Source: a virus. Taken from it: 64,000 nucleotides of DNA. Shown here one piece after another: positions 63,440 through 64,000 of this stretch. The position numbers and the translations under genes are program-made. The notes beneath the pieces are model-generated. The model saw only the letters and a program-made list of their open reading frames with translations, made no database searches and was not told the origin of the DNA. The DNA lies in the IMG/VR virus record IMGVR_UViG_3300025018_000098, positions 96,001 through 160,000 of that record; one strand, given 5' to 3'. Every line of letters begins with the position of its first letter. The first letter of the stretch is position 1.

Positions 63440-63456
63440 ATGGTGGAGGAAGTAAC

Positions 63457-64000
63457 ATGACCAGCAATCTACGTCTAGCAGCAGTTGGAGAACTACATGA
63501 TCGTGACCACGAGTTCATCGCCCTACTAGAAGACCATCCCCCAAAGACCCGTCTCCAGTACGGAGACCTGGTGGTGCTGAAAGATATCCCACCCCGGATA
63601 GCTAGCAGCGCCTACTGGCGGCTGCAGGGCATCCCGCGGGTCTGGAAGGTCCACTTCGTCGTCAGCCTGTGGCAGTTCGAGATGCACAACCTCATGCACG
63701 AGCGTGCAGGTATGGGCATCGATGAGGCCGTGACCTGCATGGAGATGGTTGGGGTCACCTCACGTAAGGAGGCCCGAACACCCATCGTGTATGCCCACGG
63801 CTTCCCACACTTCGACAACCCCAACACATGTGAGTGGTTCTTCGAGAGCTCTCTCAAGAAGATGGTGCTACGCACAGAAGAAGCCCAGTGGGAGGAGGTC
63901 CTCGACGAGTTCAAGACACCCTTCCTTGGGTACGACCCAGGTCCTCTCGGAGCCAACTTCATACTCGACATGGCCCCAGATATGTATGGGACGTCTCAGG
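63457..64000 (+). CDS. Hypothetical protein running off the window end (absent from the ORF track)
   Basis: GGAGG RBS; ATG ACC AGC AAT..; 181 codons with no stop. Confidence 0.65.
   Translation, partial: MTSNLRLAAVGELHDRDHEFIALLEDHPPKTRLQYGDLVVLKDIPPRIASSAYWRLQGIPRVWKVHFVVSLWQFEMHNLMHERAGMGIDEAVTCMEMVGVTSRKEARTPIVYAHGFPHFDNPNTCEWFFESSLKKMVLRTEEAQWEEVLDEFKTPFLGYDPGPLGANFILDMAPDMYGTSQ

Noticed and set aside
1-64000. Many long antisense or alternative-frame ORFs in the track (for example 647-1546 -, 50606-51433 +, 56074-56847 +, 42515-43246 -)
   Set aside because: Shadow ORFs expected in high-GC DNA; they overlap motif-supported genes and lack an RBS or protein-like composition
1-64000. CRISPR array, tRNA/rRNA genes, reverse transcriptase (DGR/retron), integrase or transposase
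   Set aside because: No regularly spaced repeats, cloverleaf/T-loop signatures or catalytic motifs were recognised by eye; tRNAscan or Infernal could still find something missed

Overview
A 64-kb segment of a high-GC, densely coding large or jumbo tailed-phage genome, almost entirely on the minus strand. A Myxococcota-type host is a tentative inference from the SspB-like and signalling genes. The left part (1-19 kb) holds a dNMP kinase and a coupled operon in which two tail/virion-like genes run directly into a complete soluble signalling cassette (PAS-PAS histidine kinase, Rcp1-like single-domain receiver, receiver with an unrecognised helical output), followed by a holin-like membrane protein. 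It also carries GroES, a DUF2829/Tad2-like protein and a chaperone-like gene pair joined by a -1 slippery site. The middle (19-55 kb) is a long early/accessory region of small ORFs, divided into modules by a recurrent CCTATAAGCA promoter that is often fused to a terminator hairpin. It encodes SspB, a MazG-like NTP-PPase, a WYL protein, a SleB-like hydrolase, RNase HII, a Toprim protein, an AAA_33 kinase, an amidase endolysin, an HNH nuclease and several expanded paralog families. The right part (55-64 kb) has a split RecD2 helicase, a candidate ~100-nt structured RNA, an intein-containing ThyX and dCTP deaminase. Several genes have single-base frameshifts in G-runs, probably consensus errors. 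No tRNA, rRNA, CRISPR array, integrase or reverse transcriptase was recognised. All calls come from motif recognition by eye; no searches were run.
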